Shown: positions 36,291 through 46,519, counted from the first letter of the stretch. The stretch: 64,000 nucleotides of DNA from Dehalococcoidia bacterium (GCA_022824765.1 JAJDZG010000129.1:235-64234), one strand, 5' to 3'. The notes: a model not told the origin generated them from the sequence alone. Numbers and translations are program-made.

Positions 36291-36731
36291 GTGCCTCTGT
36301 CGCGGCTGATCGATCTCCCCGAGATCGCCGAAGGCATCCAGCTGCCCAGCCGCGAGCTGGCGCCCACCATCATGGATGTCGCCCAGTTCATCGGCGCGGC
36401 CGGCTTCGCGATCCCAATCTTCCTCGACCCAATAGCCGCGCGCGACACCGGTCTCGACGCGCCGGTCGTCCCAGCCGAGTACAAGTCCGCCTTCCTGCTC
36501 GCCTACCTGCGCCAGATCGTCATGCCAGACGGTAAGATCGTGCGCCTGCAATCTGGGTTCCGCCGGCCCGACTATCACGGCAACCGATTCACCATCGGCG
36601 GACAGGTCACCCGCGTTGAACCTGCTCCCGATCCGAACGCCGGCCGGGAGGTTCATCTCGAACTCTGGCTGGACCAGGAGTCCGGAGATCGCAGCGTGCG
36701 CTCTTCGGCGATCGTGCTGCTGCCAGGCTGA
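36291..36731 (+). CDS. MaoC-family hot-dog domain protein, paralog of the preceding gene
   Basis: LPSRELAPTIMDVAQFIGAAGFAIPIFLDPIAARDTGL...RFTIGGQVTRV...GDRSV. The GTG start at 36291 is chosen just after the upstream stop; the longer ORF from 36207 overlaps the previous gene. Confidence 0.6.
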   Translation: MPLSRLIDLPEIAEGIQLPSRELAPTIMDVAQFIGAAGFAIPIFLDPIAARDTGLDAPVVPAEYKSAFLLAYLRQIVMPDGKIVRLQSGFRRPDYHGNRFTIGGQVTRVEPAPDPNAGREVHLELWLDQESGDRSVRSSAIVLLPG

Positions 36732-36750
36732 ATCGACTCAGTCCCCGCTG

Positions 36751-38112
36751 TCAGGTCCCGCTGATCGTCAGGCGCGACATGCGCAGCGTCGGCGCGGAGC
36801 TGCCGCCGAACCACTGCGCATCCGAGCCCACCGCGTCGATCCGCTGCAGCATCTCCAACAAGTTGCCCGACACGTTGATCTCCTGCACCGGCTCGGCGAG
36901 CTCACCGTTGCGAATCCAGATGCCCGCCGCGCCGCGCGAGAAATCACCCGTCGTGTAGTTGATCCCAAAGCCCATCAGCGTCGTCAGGTAAAGGCCGTCT
37001 TCGACCTCCGCGATGATCTGCGCGGGATCGCTCTGGCCCGCCTCGAGCGAGAGGTTGCCGCTCCCGATCTGCGGCAATCCGCCCACGCTGCGCCAGGCCG
37101 AACCGGTACTCACCGCATTCAGCCGCCGCGCGTTGTACGAGTCGTACAGGAAACCCTGAAAGACGCCTGCCTCAACGAGCGGGTTGCGCCGCGTCACCAC
37201 GCCCTCGCCGTCGAACGGACGCGAACCAAGTCGGTTCGAGAGCGTGCCGTCGTCCACAATCGTGACCAGCGGAGACGCAACCTCAGCGCCCTCCAGATCA
37301 GCGAGAAAGGTCGAACGCCGGAACAGCGCCTCGCCGCTCGCCGCGCCCGAGATGATCCCCGCCAGGCCAGCCGCCATGCGCGGCTCCCACACGACCGGCA
37401 CCTCGCAGGTCGCCGCCTTGCCCGCCCCCAGCTGACGCAGCGCGCGAGCGGCCGCCTCGCGTCCCACGTCCTCGGCAGCGTCCAGCCGATGCAGGCTGCG
37501 CTCCGACGTCGACCAACCAGCGTTGCGCAGGCTGCCGTCATCCTCCTGCGCCATCACCTCAACCCACATCGAAGCGGACGTGTCAGCATAGGAGCCGCCA
37601 AAGCCGTTGGAGTCGACCAACGCGAACGTGCTCACGTTGGTGCTGAACGTGGCGCCGCCGCTGTTGGCAATTCGATCGTCGGCCGAGAGCGCGGCGTCCT
37701 CACAGGCCAACGCCTGCGACAGCCGATGCTCGCCATCGACGTCGGGAATCTGCTCGTCAAACAGCCCCAGCTGAGGCGTCTCGCGAGCCTGCAGCTTCGG
37801 ATCGGCGAGTCCGGCAAACTCGTCCGGCTCCGACACCCGCGCCAGCTCGAGCGCCGTCTGCACCGTCTCGTCGAGCGCCGCGTCCGACACGTCGGACGTC
37901 GACACCGTCGCCTGGCGTCCGCCCAAAATCACTCGCAGACCCACCGATCTCGATGTGGACTCGGAGACCTTCTCAATCTGCTGCTTGCGCACCGTCGTCG
38001 CCGCGTTGGTAGAGGTGATCGCCACCGCGTCGGCCATCTCCGCGCCGGCAGCCTTGGCCCGCTCCAGCAGGCGCGCGGCCAGTTCCAGCGGCTCCGTCGA
38101 CAGCGCCGCCAT
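36751..38112 (-). CDS. pmbA: TldD/PmbA-family metalloprotease, PmbA/TldE type
   Basis: TldD/PmbA family features are present. Forms an operon with tldD. The start ATG forms TGATG with the tldD stop. Confidence 0.8.
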   Translation of the reverse strand: MAALSTEPLELAARLLERAKAAGAEMADAVAITSTNAATTVRKQQIEKVSESTSRSVGLRVILGGRQATVSTSDVSDAALDETVQTALELARVSEPDEFAGLADPKLQARETPQLGLFDEQIPDVDGEHRLSQALACEDAALSADDRIANSGGATFSTNVSTFALVDSNGFGGSYADTSASMWVEVMAQEDDGSLRNAGWSTSERSLHRLDAAEDVGREAAARALRQLGAGKAATCEVPVVWEPRMAAGLAGIISGAASGEALFRRSTFLADLEGAEVASPLVTIVDDGTLSNRLGSRPFDGEGVVTRRNPLVEAGVFQGFLYDSYNARRLNAVSTGSAWRSVGGLPQIGSGNLSLEAGQSDPAQIIAEVEDGLYLTTLMGFGINYTTGDFSRGAAGIWIRNGELAEPVQEINVSGNLLEMLQRIDAVGSDAQWFGGSSAPTLRMSRLTISGT

Positions 38113-39575
38113 CAGGCCGACATCCCGCCCGAGCGCATCTGCGTCCCGCCCACTGTCATGCCCGACACCAGCACCGTCGGAATCCCCACCCCGACCGGCA
38201 CCGACTGACCAGATTTGCCGCACGTCCAGCGGCCGTCCGACATCTCCAGATCGTGTCCTACCCCCGTCACCTTGGACAACACGTCCGGCCCGTTGCCGAT
38301 CAGGTTCACGTCGCGGATCGGCGCCGTCACCTGACCGTTCTCGATCAGGTAGCCCTCGGTCACCGAAAATACAAAATCGCCGTTCGTGATGTTCACCTGT
38401 CCGCCGCTGAACGCCTTGCAGTAGATGCCGTAGTCGACCCGTCGAATCAGGTCGCCAGGGTCGTCCTCGCCGGCTGTCATGTAGGTGTTGGTCATCCGCG
38501 GCATCGGCGCATGACGGAAGGACTGCCGACGTCCGTTGCCCGACGGCGCGACGCCAAAGTGCTCAGACGAGATCCGATCCTGCATATACGCCGCCAACTG
38601 CCCCTGCTCGATCAGCAGGTTGCTCCCTGCCATCTCGCCCTCGTCGTCCACATTGACCGATCCGCGCGAGAGGTTCAGCGTCGCGTCGTCGATCACCGTC
38701 ACCAGCTCCGACGCGACCGACTGTCCGATCCGATTGGAGTAGTTGGAGGTCTCCTTGCGGTTGAAGTCAGCCTCGAGCCCGTGCCCGACCGCCTCATGCA
38801 GCAGGATCCCGGAGTCGCCCGCGGCCAGCACGACCGGAAACGTGCCGGCCGGCGCCTCCCGAGCCTCCTGCTGCAGCACGGCCTGTCGCGCGGCCTCCTC
38901 AGCCAGAGACTCCGGCGAGTGCTCGTCGAAGTAGGGCATCCCCATCCGTCCGCCGCCTCCCCAACGCGCGTTCCGACGCTCCCCGTCCAACTCCGACAGG
39001 CACGACACGTTGAAGCGCAGCAGCGGCTGGTAATCGGCCACCATCCGACCGTCCGAACGCACGATCAGGACACGCTTCTCCTCGTCGACCATCGATGCGT
39101 CGACGCGGGCGATGCTGGGGTGATAGCCGCGCGCGGCCGCATCGGCGCGGCGCAGCAGTGCGACCTTCTCGGTCAGCGGAATCGCCGTGCTCGGCGCGTC
39201 GATCGCGTAGCGATCTGCGTCGTACGACGCGGCCGTCACGTCGACCGGCTCGCCCGCCGACGACCCGTGCGCGATCTGCGCAGCCGTCGCCGCCGCCCGC
39301 CGCATCGCCTCCACCGAGAGATCCTCGGTGTACGCATATCCAATCGCATCGCCCTCAACCACTCGGATGCCCACGCCCTGCGACAGCGACGCCTGTGTCG
39401 CCTTGACCTGCTGGTCTTCGAAGCTCAGCGATCCCGATCGCTTGTGTTCGAAGTACAGCTCGGCGAACGATCCACCGCGCCCCAGCGCCGACGCCAGCAC
39501 CGACTCGGCAGCCGCGCCATCCACCCCTAGTTGGCTTGCATAGAAGCCGACCACGTCGGCTGGTGTCTCAGTCAT
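38112..39575 (-). CDS. tldD: Metalloprotease TldD
   Basis: HEAVGHGLE (HExxxH) and the conserved C-terminal GG...G region. 487 aa. Confidence 0.85.
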   Translation of the reverse strand: MTETPADVVGFYASQLGVDGAAAESVLASALGRGGSFAELYFEHKRSGSLSFEDQQVKATQASLSQGVGIRVVEGDAIGYAYTEDLSVEAMRRAAATAAQIAHGSSAGEPVDVTAASYDADRYAIDAPSTAIPLTEKVALLRRADAAARGYHPSIARVDASMVDEEKRVLIVRSDGRMVADYQPLLRFNVSCLSELDGERRNARWGGGGRMGMPYFDEHSPESLAEEAARQAVLQQEAREAPAGTFPVVLAAGDSGILLHEAVGHGLEADFNRKETSNYSNRIGQSVASELVTVIDDATLNLSRGSVNVDDEGEMAGSNLLIEQGQLAAYMQDRISSEHFGVAPSGNGRRQSFRHAPMPRMTNTYMTAGEDDPGDLIRRVDYGIYCKAFSGGQVNITNGDFVFSVTEGYLIENGQVTAPIRDVNLIGNGPDVLSKVTGVGHDLEMSDGRWTCGKSGQSVPVGVGIPTVLVSGMTVGGTQMRSGGMSA

Positions 39576-39593
39576 CGGAGGTCCAATCCAGGC

Positions 39594-40787
39594 TCACTCA
39601 GCCAGAGCGCCGCTCGCGCGAAGCTCCGCGATCTGCTCCACGCTATAGCCGCACGCAGACAGAATCGAGTCGGCGTCACCGTTCAGTTCAGGCGCGCGAC
39701 CCTGCACCGCGCCCGGCGTGGCCGAAAACTGCCACGGCAGACCCGTCACCCGTCGCGTCCCGTAGCGCGGATCGGGAATCTCGGCCAGGTATCCGTTCGC
39801 CCAGACCTGCTCCGACGCCGCCACGTCCTCGTAACTGTTGACCGGCGCCGACGGAATGTCCGCCGCGCGCAGACGCTGCAGCCACGTCTCACGGTCGGCC
39901 GTGGCGAAACTCGTTTCCAGCAGCGACTCCAGCTCGGACGAGTGCCGCTGGCGAGCCGGCGCCGTCGCAAACCGATCGTCCGACTCCCACTCGGGATGAT
40001 CCATCAGCTCGCACAGCGCGCGCCAGTTCTTCGCATCGACCACCCCGATCACCAGCCAGCGGCCGTCCGACGCCTGATAGAACGTAAACGTCGGCATCCG
40101 TCGACGCCGCATGCGCGGCTGCACACCGTCCTGCAGGAATCCCGTGAAGTAGACGCCCTGCAACGCGATCTGCGATCCGAGCAGCGACACATCCACCTGC
40201 TGACCCTGACCAGAATCCTTCGCAGCGATCAAACCGGCCAGCATCGCGATGCACGCCTGCATCGCGCCGACCTGGTCCGCGAAACCGCCCGGCAGCGTGC
40301 GAGGCTCGGCGTGCCGACCCTGCTCCTCAAGCGCCTGCAGCGCCATCACGCCGCCCGTTGCCTGACCGATCACGTCGTAGCCCGGCTCTCCGGCCTGCGG
40401 TCCGACCGCCCCGAACGCCGAGGCCGACACGCACACGATCCGCGCATTGCGCCCGCGCAACGCCTCGTACGACAAGCCCAGACGATCCATCACGCCCGGC
40501 CGATAGTTGTCGATCACGCCGTCGCAGCGCTCCGCCATCCGCAAGGCGGCCTCCACCGCGGACGGATCGCGCAGGTTCAGCACAATCGATCGCTTGCCCC
40601 GATCGTGCGCCTCGAAGTACCGCGAGAAACCGTCCTCGGCCAGGTCCGATCCGCGACCGGGATCGCCGCCCGGCGGCTCCACCTTCCAAATCTCCGCACC
40701 TAGATCGGACAGCAGCACCGTCGCGTACGGTCCCTGCTGATAGCGGGTGAAATCGAGAATGCGGTAACCGTCAAGGGGTCCAGGCAC
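39594..40787 (-). CDS. CaiB/BaiF family CoA-transferase (family III)
   Basis: GYRILDFTRYQQGPYATVLLSDLGAEIWKVEPPGGD is the canonical family III CoA-transferase N-terminus. 397 aa. Confidence 0.85.
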   Translation of the reverse strand: MPGPLDGYRILDFTRYQQGPYATVLLSDLGAEIWKVEPPGGDPGRGSDLAEDGFSRYFEAHDRGKRSIVLNLRDPSAVEAALRMAERCDGVIDNYRPGVMDRLGLSYEALRGRNARIVCVSASAFGAVGPQAGEPGYDVIGQATGGVMALQALEEQGRHAEPRTLPGGFADQVGAMQACIAMLAGLIAAKDSGQGQQVDVSLLGSQIALQGVYFTGFLQDGVQPRMRRRRMPTFTFYQASDGRWLVIGVVDAKNWRALCELMDHPEWESDDRFATAPARQRHSSELESLLETSFATADRETWLQRLRAADIPSAPVNSYEDVAASEQVWANGYLAEIPDPRYGTRRVTGLPWQFSATPGAVQGRAPELNGDADSILSACGYSVEQIAELRASGALAE

Positions 40788-40831
40788 ACTGCCTCCGCTG
40801 CTGGTTGCTAACGGGAGGATAGCCTGCTGAC

Positions 40832-41086
40832 ATGCCGCCGAGACTCACCTTGACAGACGCTGAGCGCGAACTCCTGCCCGAGCTGCTCGAGCGCTTCGCG
40901 GCGCTGCAGCATGAGTTTCCCCGCCAGGCTTCGGCATCGCAACAAGCCGCCTGGATCCGAGACCGCTACGCCGTCAACGCCACCCTGACCGACAATCTGA
41001 TCACCCTGCTGCTCTTCGAGCATGGAGTCCACCGCTCGCTCGACCAGGTAAGACAAGACCTCGCTATCCTGCGTGAGGACCCCTGA
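40832..41086 (+). CDS. Hypothetical small helical protein
   Basis: 84-aa ORF with coding-like composition, ending 23 nt before the NTF2-like gene. No recognisable motif. Confidence 0.35.
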   Translation: MPPRLTLTDAERELLPELLERFAALQHEFPRQASASQQAAWIRDRYAVNATLTDNLITLLLFEHGVHRSLDQVRQDLAILREDP

Positions 41087-41108
41087 ATCCAATCTGGAAG
41101 GAACACAC

Positions 41109-41501
41109 ATGGCACTCGACGCAGCAGACAAGATGGAGATCCTCGAACTCGCCGCCCGCTACAACCACGCCATCGACTTCGGAGACGGCGAAGCATGGGC
41201 CGGCACGTTCACCGAGGACGGCGTCTTCAACGGCGGTCCGCAGCCCGTCAGCGGCCACGTCGCGTTGGCCCAGTTCGTCGGCGGCTTCGCCCAGCAGATG
41301 GCCGGCGCCCGCCATTGGACCAACAACCACGTCGTCGACGGCGACGGCGACCGCGCCACCCACACCTGCTACCTCAACCTCGTCCAGTCCAAGGACGGCG
41401 GCAGCAGCATCGTCACCGGCGTCTACACCGACAAGCTGTCCAAGGTCGACGGTCAGTGGCGCTTCACCGAACGCAACGTCACCCCCGACGCGAGGGACTA
41501 G
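41109..41501 (+). CDS. NTF2-like / SnoaL-like superfamily protein
   Basis: About 130 aa with the NTF2-like pattern (LAARYNHAIDFGDGEAWAGTFTEDGVF...DGQWRF). GGAAGGAA lies 8 nt before the ATG at 41109. Confidence 0.6.
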   Translation: MALDAADKMEILELAARYNHAIDFGDGEAWAGTFTEDGVFNGGPQPVSGHVALAQFVGGFAQQMAGARHWTNNHVVDGDGDRATHTCYLNLVQSKDGGSSIVTGVYTDKLSKVDGQWRFTERNVTPDARD

Positions 41502-41533
41502 CCAAATCGGCCGACCTCTCGCCCACGACCCAT

Positions 41534-41572
41534 CGAGGCCCCATACACAGACCATCGGTGCATGGGGCCTCG
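41534..41572. terminator. Bidirectional stem-loop between convergent genes
   Basis: An 11-bp perfect inverted repeat CGAGGCCCCAT...ATGGGGCCTCG with a 17-nt loop sits between the convergent NTF2-like and LysM genes. Confidence 0.45.
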
Positions 41573-41594
41573 GATCGTCGTGCCTGCAGCGAGC

Positions 41595-42758
41595 CTACTC
41601 GTCCAGCATGTCGTCGCCGCCCGCTGACTCCTCTTCGAGCAGTTGCTCGGACGGCGCCGTCAGCGACTCCTCCTCCAGCGCGTCGTCGGTGGAAACCGCG
41701 TCAACGGTCGACACCACGCTCGCAGCCGGCTGGTAGCCGACCGGCACCAGCAGCGAGTCGCCCACGTAGATCAAGCCGGCGTCGGCGATCCCGTTCAGCA
41801 TCATCAAGGCCTCGACCGTCGTCTCGTTCGCCTCGGCGATCGCCGCCAGGCTGTCACCGTCCTCGATCGAGACCACCGCAATCGTGTGCCAGTTGGCCAG
41901 CTCGTCCGTCAGCGCCGGCGCCACGCTTGGCGTCGCGTCACTAGACGTTGTCACGTCAGCTGACGTGTCAGCCGCCGGCGCAGACTCGACCGTCTCCGTC
42001 GCTGCAACAGACTCAACCGCCCCAGACGCCTCAGCCGTGGACGTCACCTCTTCCGCGAAGCCAATCGGAATCCTCAGCGTCTGCCCCACACTGAGCGCTG
42101 CAGGATCGGTGATCCCGTTCAGCGTGGCGATCGCCGAAATCGTGGTGTCGTAGTTCTGCGCGATCAGCCAGAGCGTCTCGCCCGGCAGCACCTCGATCAC
42201 CTCAATCTCGGTCCACGCGGCCAGCCTCGCCTCAGGTTCGAGTAACGAAAGGTCGACCGCCGGCGCGGCCGCAGTCTCAGTCTCAGTGGTCGTTGCCGTC
42301 GCCGTGACGACCGCCGCCGTGGACGTCTCGGCAGCGCTGGATGTCGGCGATGCCGTCGGAGTCGCGGCGGTCGTTGCCGCGACCGTGGTCGCGGCAGCCG
42401 CGCTGGTCGGCGTCGCGACCTCTGTCGTGGACGCGGTCGGCGTGCTCGCCACTCGCGTAATCGTCGGCGCAGGCTCCGAGCTGCCGCCGAACAACTGCCA
42501 GGCGATCACGCCAGCGACGACCGCAGGCAACACCACGGCGGCAACGCCAATGGTCCACGCGCGACGGCGCTGAGAACGCAAATCCTGATCGGTCGAGCCG
42601 ACAACGGACGGGTCATCGTACGCTGGCGACGCCATCGCGGCGTGGTCGACCGCCCCGTCCAGCGGCTGCTGAAACGGCGAGTCTGTCGTTGGTGATTCAG
42701 CTTGCGACGTCGGCTTCGCTCCGAACGGCCCCGACGGCGCGGCTTCTTGCAGGGACAT
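41595..42758 (-). CDS. LysM domain-containing membrane protein with a Thr/Ala-rich linker
   Basis: TM helix (WTIGVAAVVLPAVVAGVIAW) and two LysM motifs (IEVLPGETLWLIAQNY...LNGI, VSIEDGDSLAAIAEAN...LNGI). Confidence 0.7.
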   Translation of the reverse strand: MSLQEAAPSGPFGAKPTSQAESPTTDSPFQQPLDGAVDHAAMASPAYDDPSVVGSTDQDLRSQRRRAWTIGVAAVVLPAVVAGVIAWQLFGGSSEPAPTITRVASTPTASTTEVATPTSAAAATTVAATTAATPTASPTSSAAETSTAAVVTATATTTETETAAAPAVDLSLLEPEARLAAWTEIEVIEVLPGETLWLIAQNYDTTISAIATLNGITDPAALSVGQTLRIPIGFAEEVTSTAEASGAVESVAATETVESAPAADTSADVTTSSDATPSVAPALTDELANWHTIAVVSIEDGDSLAAIAEANETTVEALMMLNGIADAGLIYVGDSLLVPVGYQPAASVVSTVDAVSTDDALEEESLTAPSEQLLEEESAGGDDMLDE

Positions 42759-42812
42759 CCCGGTCTCCCAACCGAGCCACCCCGCCGTGTTGCTGTGCCC
42801 AAAGGTGTGGAA

Positions 42813-43604
42813 CTAGCGGAACTTCGCGGGCCGCTTCTCAAGGAAGGCAGCGATCGCTTCCGCATGCTCCGGTGTCTGCATCGCCCACTCTAGCGCCTTG
42901 CCTTCGCGCTGTTGCACGAGCTGAATGTCAGTTTCCAACTGATTCTCGGATAACAGAGATTTTACACGGCGCATGATCGCATCGGGATTCTCGGCCAGCT
43001 GCTCGCCCAGCGCCACCGCGCGGTCGATCAGCTCGTCGTCCGGCGCGACATCGCGGACCAAACCCGCCTCAAGCGCCTCCTGCGCGCCCACGAAGCGCCC
43101 CGTCAGACACCAGTCCAGCGAACGACCCACGCCGACCAGGCGCGGCAGCAGCGTCGTCGACGCCGCCTCAGGCAACAGACCCATCTTCACGAACCGAAAA
43201 CCAAACTGCGCACTCTCCCCAGCGATCCGGAAGTCGAACGGCAGGATGGTCGTCACCCCCACGCCGACTGCATAGCCGTGCACCGCGGCGATGATCGGCT
43301 TGCTGCGCGTGCAGAAGTCGACCCACGACTCATCGTGCTCGTCCGCCGACCTCCCGGCGCTCCGTGCGGCGTCGCCGGAATCCACGTCCGCCTGCTGCTG
43401 TTGGAGGTCAAGACCCGCACAGTATGCCCGACCGTTGCCGGCGAACACGATCGCCGCAACGCCAGGATCGTCGTTGAAGTCGGTCACCGCCTGCTGCTCC
43501 TCAGCCGCCATCGCGCGGCTCCAGGCGTTCAGCTTCTCCGGCCGATTCTTGCGGATGATGCCGACCGCGCCGCGCGTTTCCACTTCAATCAGGTCGTACG
43601 TCAT
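42813..43604 (-). CDS. Enoyl-CoA hydratase/isomerase (crotonase) family protein
   Basis: RPEKLNAW, AYCAGLDL and AAVHGYAVGVGV are typical crotonase fold motifs. Confidence 0.85.
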   Translation of the reverse strand: MTYDLIEVETRGAVGIIRKNRPEKLNAWSRAMAAEEQQAVTDFNDDPGVAAIVFAGNGRAYCAGLDLQQQQADVDSGDAARSAGRSADEHDESWVDFCTRSKPIIAAVHGYAVGVGVTTILPFDFRIAGESAQFGFRFVKMGLLPEAASTTLLPRLVGVGRSLDWCLTGRFVGAQEALEAGLVRDVAPDDELIDRAVALGEQLAENPDAIMRRVKSLLSENQLETDIQLVQQREGKALEWAMQTPEHAEAIAAFLEKRPAKFR

Positions 43605-43701
43605 TGGTCGTCCTTTCTCAGTTACGTCACCTGGTGGAAGTTATCACTCCATTGACATGGCAGGCCTCAGACTCGACCCCTGCCTTGCCTACAGTGAAGA
43701 C

Positions 43702-45531
43702 ATGCCCCGCTCTCGACCATTACTGCGCACGCTGACCGCGGCAATCCTCGCCGTCGCCGCCGTCTGGGCCGCGTGGGGATTCTCCGCCGCCGACACCTAC
43801 GAGGTCCAGCCCGGCGACACGCTGCACGAGATCGCCAGGCTCCTGCAAGTGGACGTCTCCGTCATCATGGCGCTCAACACTGACATCGAGTCGCCCAATC
43901 AAATCTACGCCGGCCAGCAGCTGCGGATCCCTGACAACGCCTCCCCGCTGCCGAGCAGCGGCGCCGCCGCAACCACGCTGACTGGCGCCGTCTACAGCGG
44001 AGGCTCCGCGCTCTCCTACGACATCCAGCCCGGCGACACGCTGTCCGCAATCGCCGCCGAATTCGACACCACCATCGACGCGCTGCTGGCCCTGAACCCC
44101 GTTATCGAGGCCAATCCTGACCGCATTCCGATCGGATACACGCTGCTCATCCGAGCCCCAGACCCATCGAACAATGCCGCCCAGGAATCGTCGGCCAGCG
44201 GCCGCGACCGAGACGGCGGCAGTCCCGCCCTCACCGCCGGCACACAAGCCCGCGAACTCGGCTCCACCTCCACCCACACCATCGAGTACACCGTCCAGCC
44301 CAACGAGTACGCATCCAGCATCGCCGAGGCGCATGGCATCACCTTAGACCTGCTGCGCCAGCGCAACCCGTCCTCGAACCTTGATGTCATCCATCCCGGA
44401 CAGGTGCTGCTGATCCCGGTCCCCGACTACCGCGTCGCAGCCATCGACCCCACCGATACGACCACCGGCCTCACCGACACCTACATCGTCCGGCCCGGCG
44501 ACTACGCCAGCGAGATCGCGAGCCGCTTCGAGATCCCGCTGGCTGAACTCAGACAGCTGAACGTCACCGTCGATCTGTCCACCATCTACATCGGCCAACG
44601 ATTGGTCGTCCCCTGGATTGGCTCCGCGTCAGACGCGCCGACCGGCACCGTGCCTGCCGTCGAGGTGCGACGCCGTATGCACCGCGTGCAACCGGGCGAC
44701 ACGTTCGCCAGTGTCGCCGCCCTCTACGGCCTCAGCATGGACGATCTGCGCGGACTCAACCCGCTGCGTCCCAGCGACCTGCTCGTCATCGGCGAGCGCT
44801 TGATCCTGCCCGGCGTGATCAATCCGCAAGTGGTCTCCGAGACCCGAACCCTCTGGGAAGCCGACCTCGTCCAATACGCAGCAGCGTCGCTCGGCGTCAC
44901 CCCGCGAACGCTGATCGCCAACTACCCATCGCTCAACGACGGCGATTGGATGTCGGCCGGCTCGAGCTGGCAACTGCCGCTCCGCGAGGGCCGTCTGGTC
45001 ACGGTCCAACCCGGCGACACGCTGCAATCCATCGCCAACGCGCACGGCGCGGACATCTGGGACATCCTCTCCGACCCAGCCAACGGCGTTGACGACTCCA
45101 ACGCCCTGGTCATCGGCCAGGAACTCATCATCCCCTTCAGTTCGCCCAACTTCGCCTGGCCGGCCTCCGGCGAGATCACCGACCCATTCGGTCTCTGCCG
45201 CAGCTGGGATTGCTCCTACCGCCACCGCGGTCTCGACGTCGCGCTCGATCTCTGGGAACCGATCGACGCCGCAGCCGACGGCGTCGTCTCCTTCGTCGGC
45301 GGCGACCCAGGCAGCGGGCTCGGTTGGTACGTCGAGGTCGACCACGGCGACGGCTGGACCACGATCTACGCCCACCTGATTGAATTCGCCGTCTGGCAGG
45401 GGCAAATCGTCTCCCAGGGCGACCTGCTCGGCTACAACGGCAGCACCGGCTACAGCACCGGACCTCACCTCCACTTCGAAGTCCAGCACGACGGCTGGTA
45501 CATCGATCCGCTCGTGGTGCTGCCCCGCTAA
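43702..45531 (+). CDS. Secreted multi-LysM M23 peptidase (about six LysM repeats plus a C-terminal LytM/M23 domain)
   Basis: Signal peptide MPRSRPLLRTLTAAILAVAAVWA. Repeated Y[EDT][VI][QR]PGDT...IA LysM units. The C-terminus carries YRHRGLDVA...GPHLHFEV. An alternative upstream ATG at 43657 is possible. Confidence 0.8.
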   Translation: MPRSRPLLRTLTAAILAVAAVWAAWGFSAADTYEVQPGDTLHEIARLLQVDVSVIMALNTDIESPNQIYAGQQLRIPDNASPLPSSGAAATTLTGAVYSGGSALSYDIQPGDTLSAIAAEFDTTIDALLALNPVIEANPDRIPIGYTLLIRAPDPSNNAAQESSASGRDRDGGSPALTAGTQARELGSTSTHTIEYTVQPNEYASSIAEAHGITLDLLRQRNPSSNLDVIHPGQVLLIPVPDYRVAAIDPTDTTTGLTDTYIVRPGDYASEIASRFEIPLAELRQLNVTVDLSTIYIGQRLVVPWIGSASDAPTGTVPAVEVRRRMHRVQPGDTFASVAALYGLSMDDLRGLNPLRPSDLLVIGERLILPGVINPQVVSETRTLWEADLVQYAAASLGVTPRTLIANYPSLNDGDWMSAGSSWQLPLREGRLVTVQPGDTLQSIANAHGADIWDILSDPANGVDDSNALVIGQELIIPFSSPNFAWPASGEITDPFGLCRSWDCSYRHRGLDVALDLWEPIDAAADGVVSFVGGDPGSGLGWYVEVDHGDGWTTIYAHLIEFAVWQGQIVSQGDLLGYNGSTGYSTGPHLHFEVQHDGWYIDPLVVLPR

Positions 45532-45535
45532 CCCG

Positions 45536-46519
45536 CTATCCGACGCGCCGCTGCACCTGGACGCAGATCCCACGCAGCGCCGCCACGTCGATGCGGTCCG
45601 CACCGCCGTAGACCTCGCCCGCGCGGACGCCGTAATCGTCACGCTCGCGCCAACCCGGCGATGCTGCCTCCACCACGCCGTCCAACTCCGCCGCCGCCGC
45701 GGTCGCCGCCCAGCACGCGCCAACCTGGTCGCCGTCGGACAGCAGAGACGCGCTCCCCCGCCGCGCCCCCACCAGCGCTCGCTCCAGACGCGGCATCAAC
45801 GCCGCTCCGATCTCCGGCAACCGGGCATCCAGATGCGACCGCGCCAGCGAGTGCAGCGCGTCGGCCGCCTGCCACCGCTCCTCGACGTTCACCTCAGCCA
45901 GACCGAGCGCGTCCTGCACCTCCGGCCACATCTGCGGCAGCTTGAGCAGACGTCCAGCCGCCCGCAGCCGACGCGGCGCCCGCAGCAGGTCAACCGGCTC
46001 GCCGATCAGCGCGCTCACCGCCGGCAGCACCCCCAATCGAACCGCGTCCACAGCCTCAATCGGACGATCCAGCCGCTCGGCATCATCGAGCGCGACGCGC
46101 GCGCGCTGCAACGACGCCGCAGCGCGCTGCTGCCGACCCTCGGCCGAGAAGTAGCGATCTCGAAACGCCGCCAGCACTTCCCGCAGCGTCGGATCAGCCA
46201 TCCGCAGCGTGTGCATGTCGGCAAGCTGCCCGGCCAACGGCTCCAGATGCAGCAACTCCTCCAGCTCCACCAGCGACCCGGATGTGATCGTGTCCACCGC
46301 GACCAGCACGCCGTTCTCCTCCGTCGCCTGACCCTCGTCGATGTGCGGATCGTCGCGGTGTCGGAAGAGCAGAATCTGCAGCAGCGATCCGTCCCAGACC
46401 TGCTGACGAGCGTAGTCTCCGACCACCGCCGCACCGCGGATCAGAGAGTCGCGGCTGCGCTGACGCGCCGAAATCCGCTCCGCCAGCGCCTGCCAATCCA
46501 GCTCGTCAGCGTCTGGCAT
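45536..46519 (-). CDS. Hypothetical protein (Ala/Arg/Leu-rich, about 327 aa), co-directional and immediately downstream of nadE
   Basis: Long ORF with GC3-biased codon usage and no recognisable catalytic motif. The start lies 6 nt after the nadE stop. Confidence 0.5.
   Translation of the reverse strand: MPDADELDWQALAERISARQRSRDSLIRGAAVVGDYARQQVWDGSLLQILLFRHRDDPHIDEGQATEENGVLVAVDTITSGSLVELEELLHLEPLAGQLADMHTLRMADPTLREVLAAFRDRYFSAEGRQQRAAASLQRARVALDDAERLDRPIEAVDAVRLGVLPAVSALIGEPVDLLRAPRRLRAAGRLLKLPQMWPEVQDALGLAEVNVEERWQAADALHSLARSHLDARLPEIGAALMPRLERALVGARRGSASLLSDGDQVGACWAATAAAAELDGVVEAASPGWRERDDYGVRAGEVYGGADRIDVAALRGICVQVQRRVG

Noticed and set aside
36616-38208. 530-aa ORF on the + strand
   Set aside because: Antisense to pmbA. 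Arg-rich nonsense.
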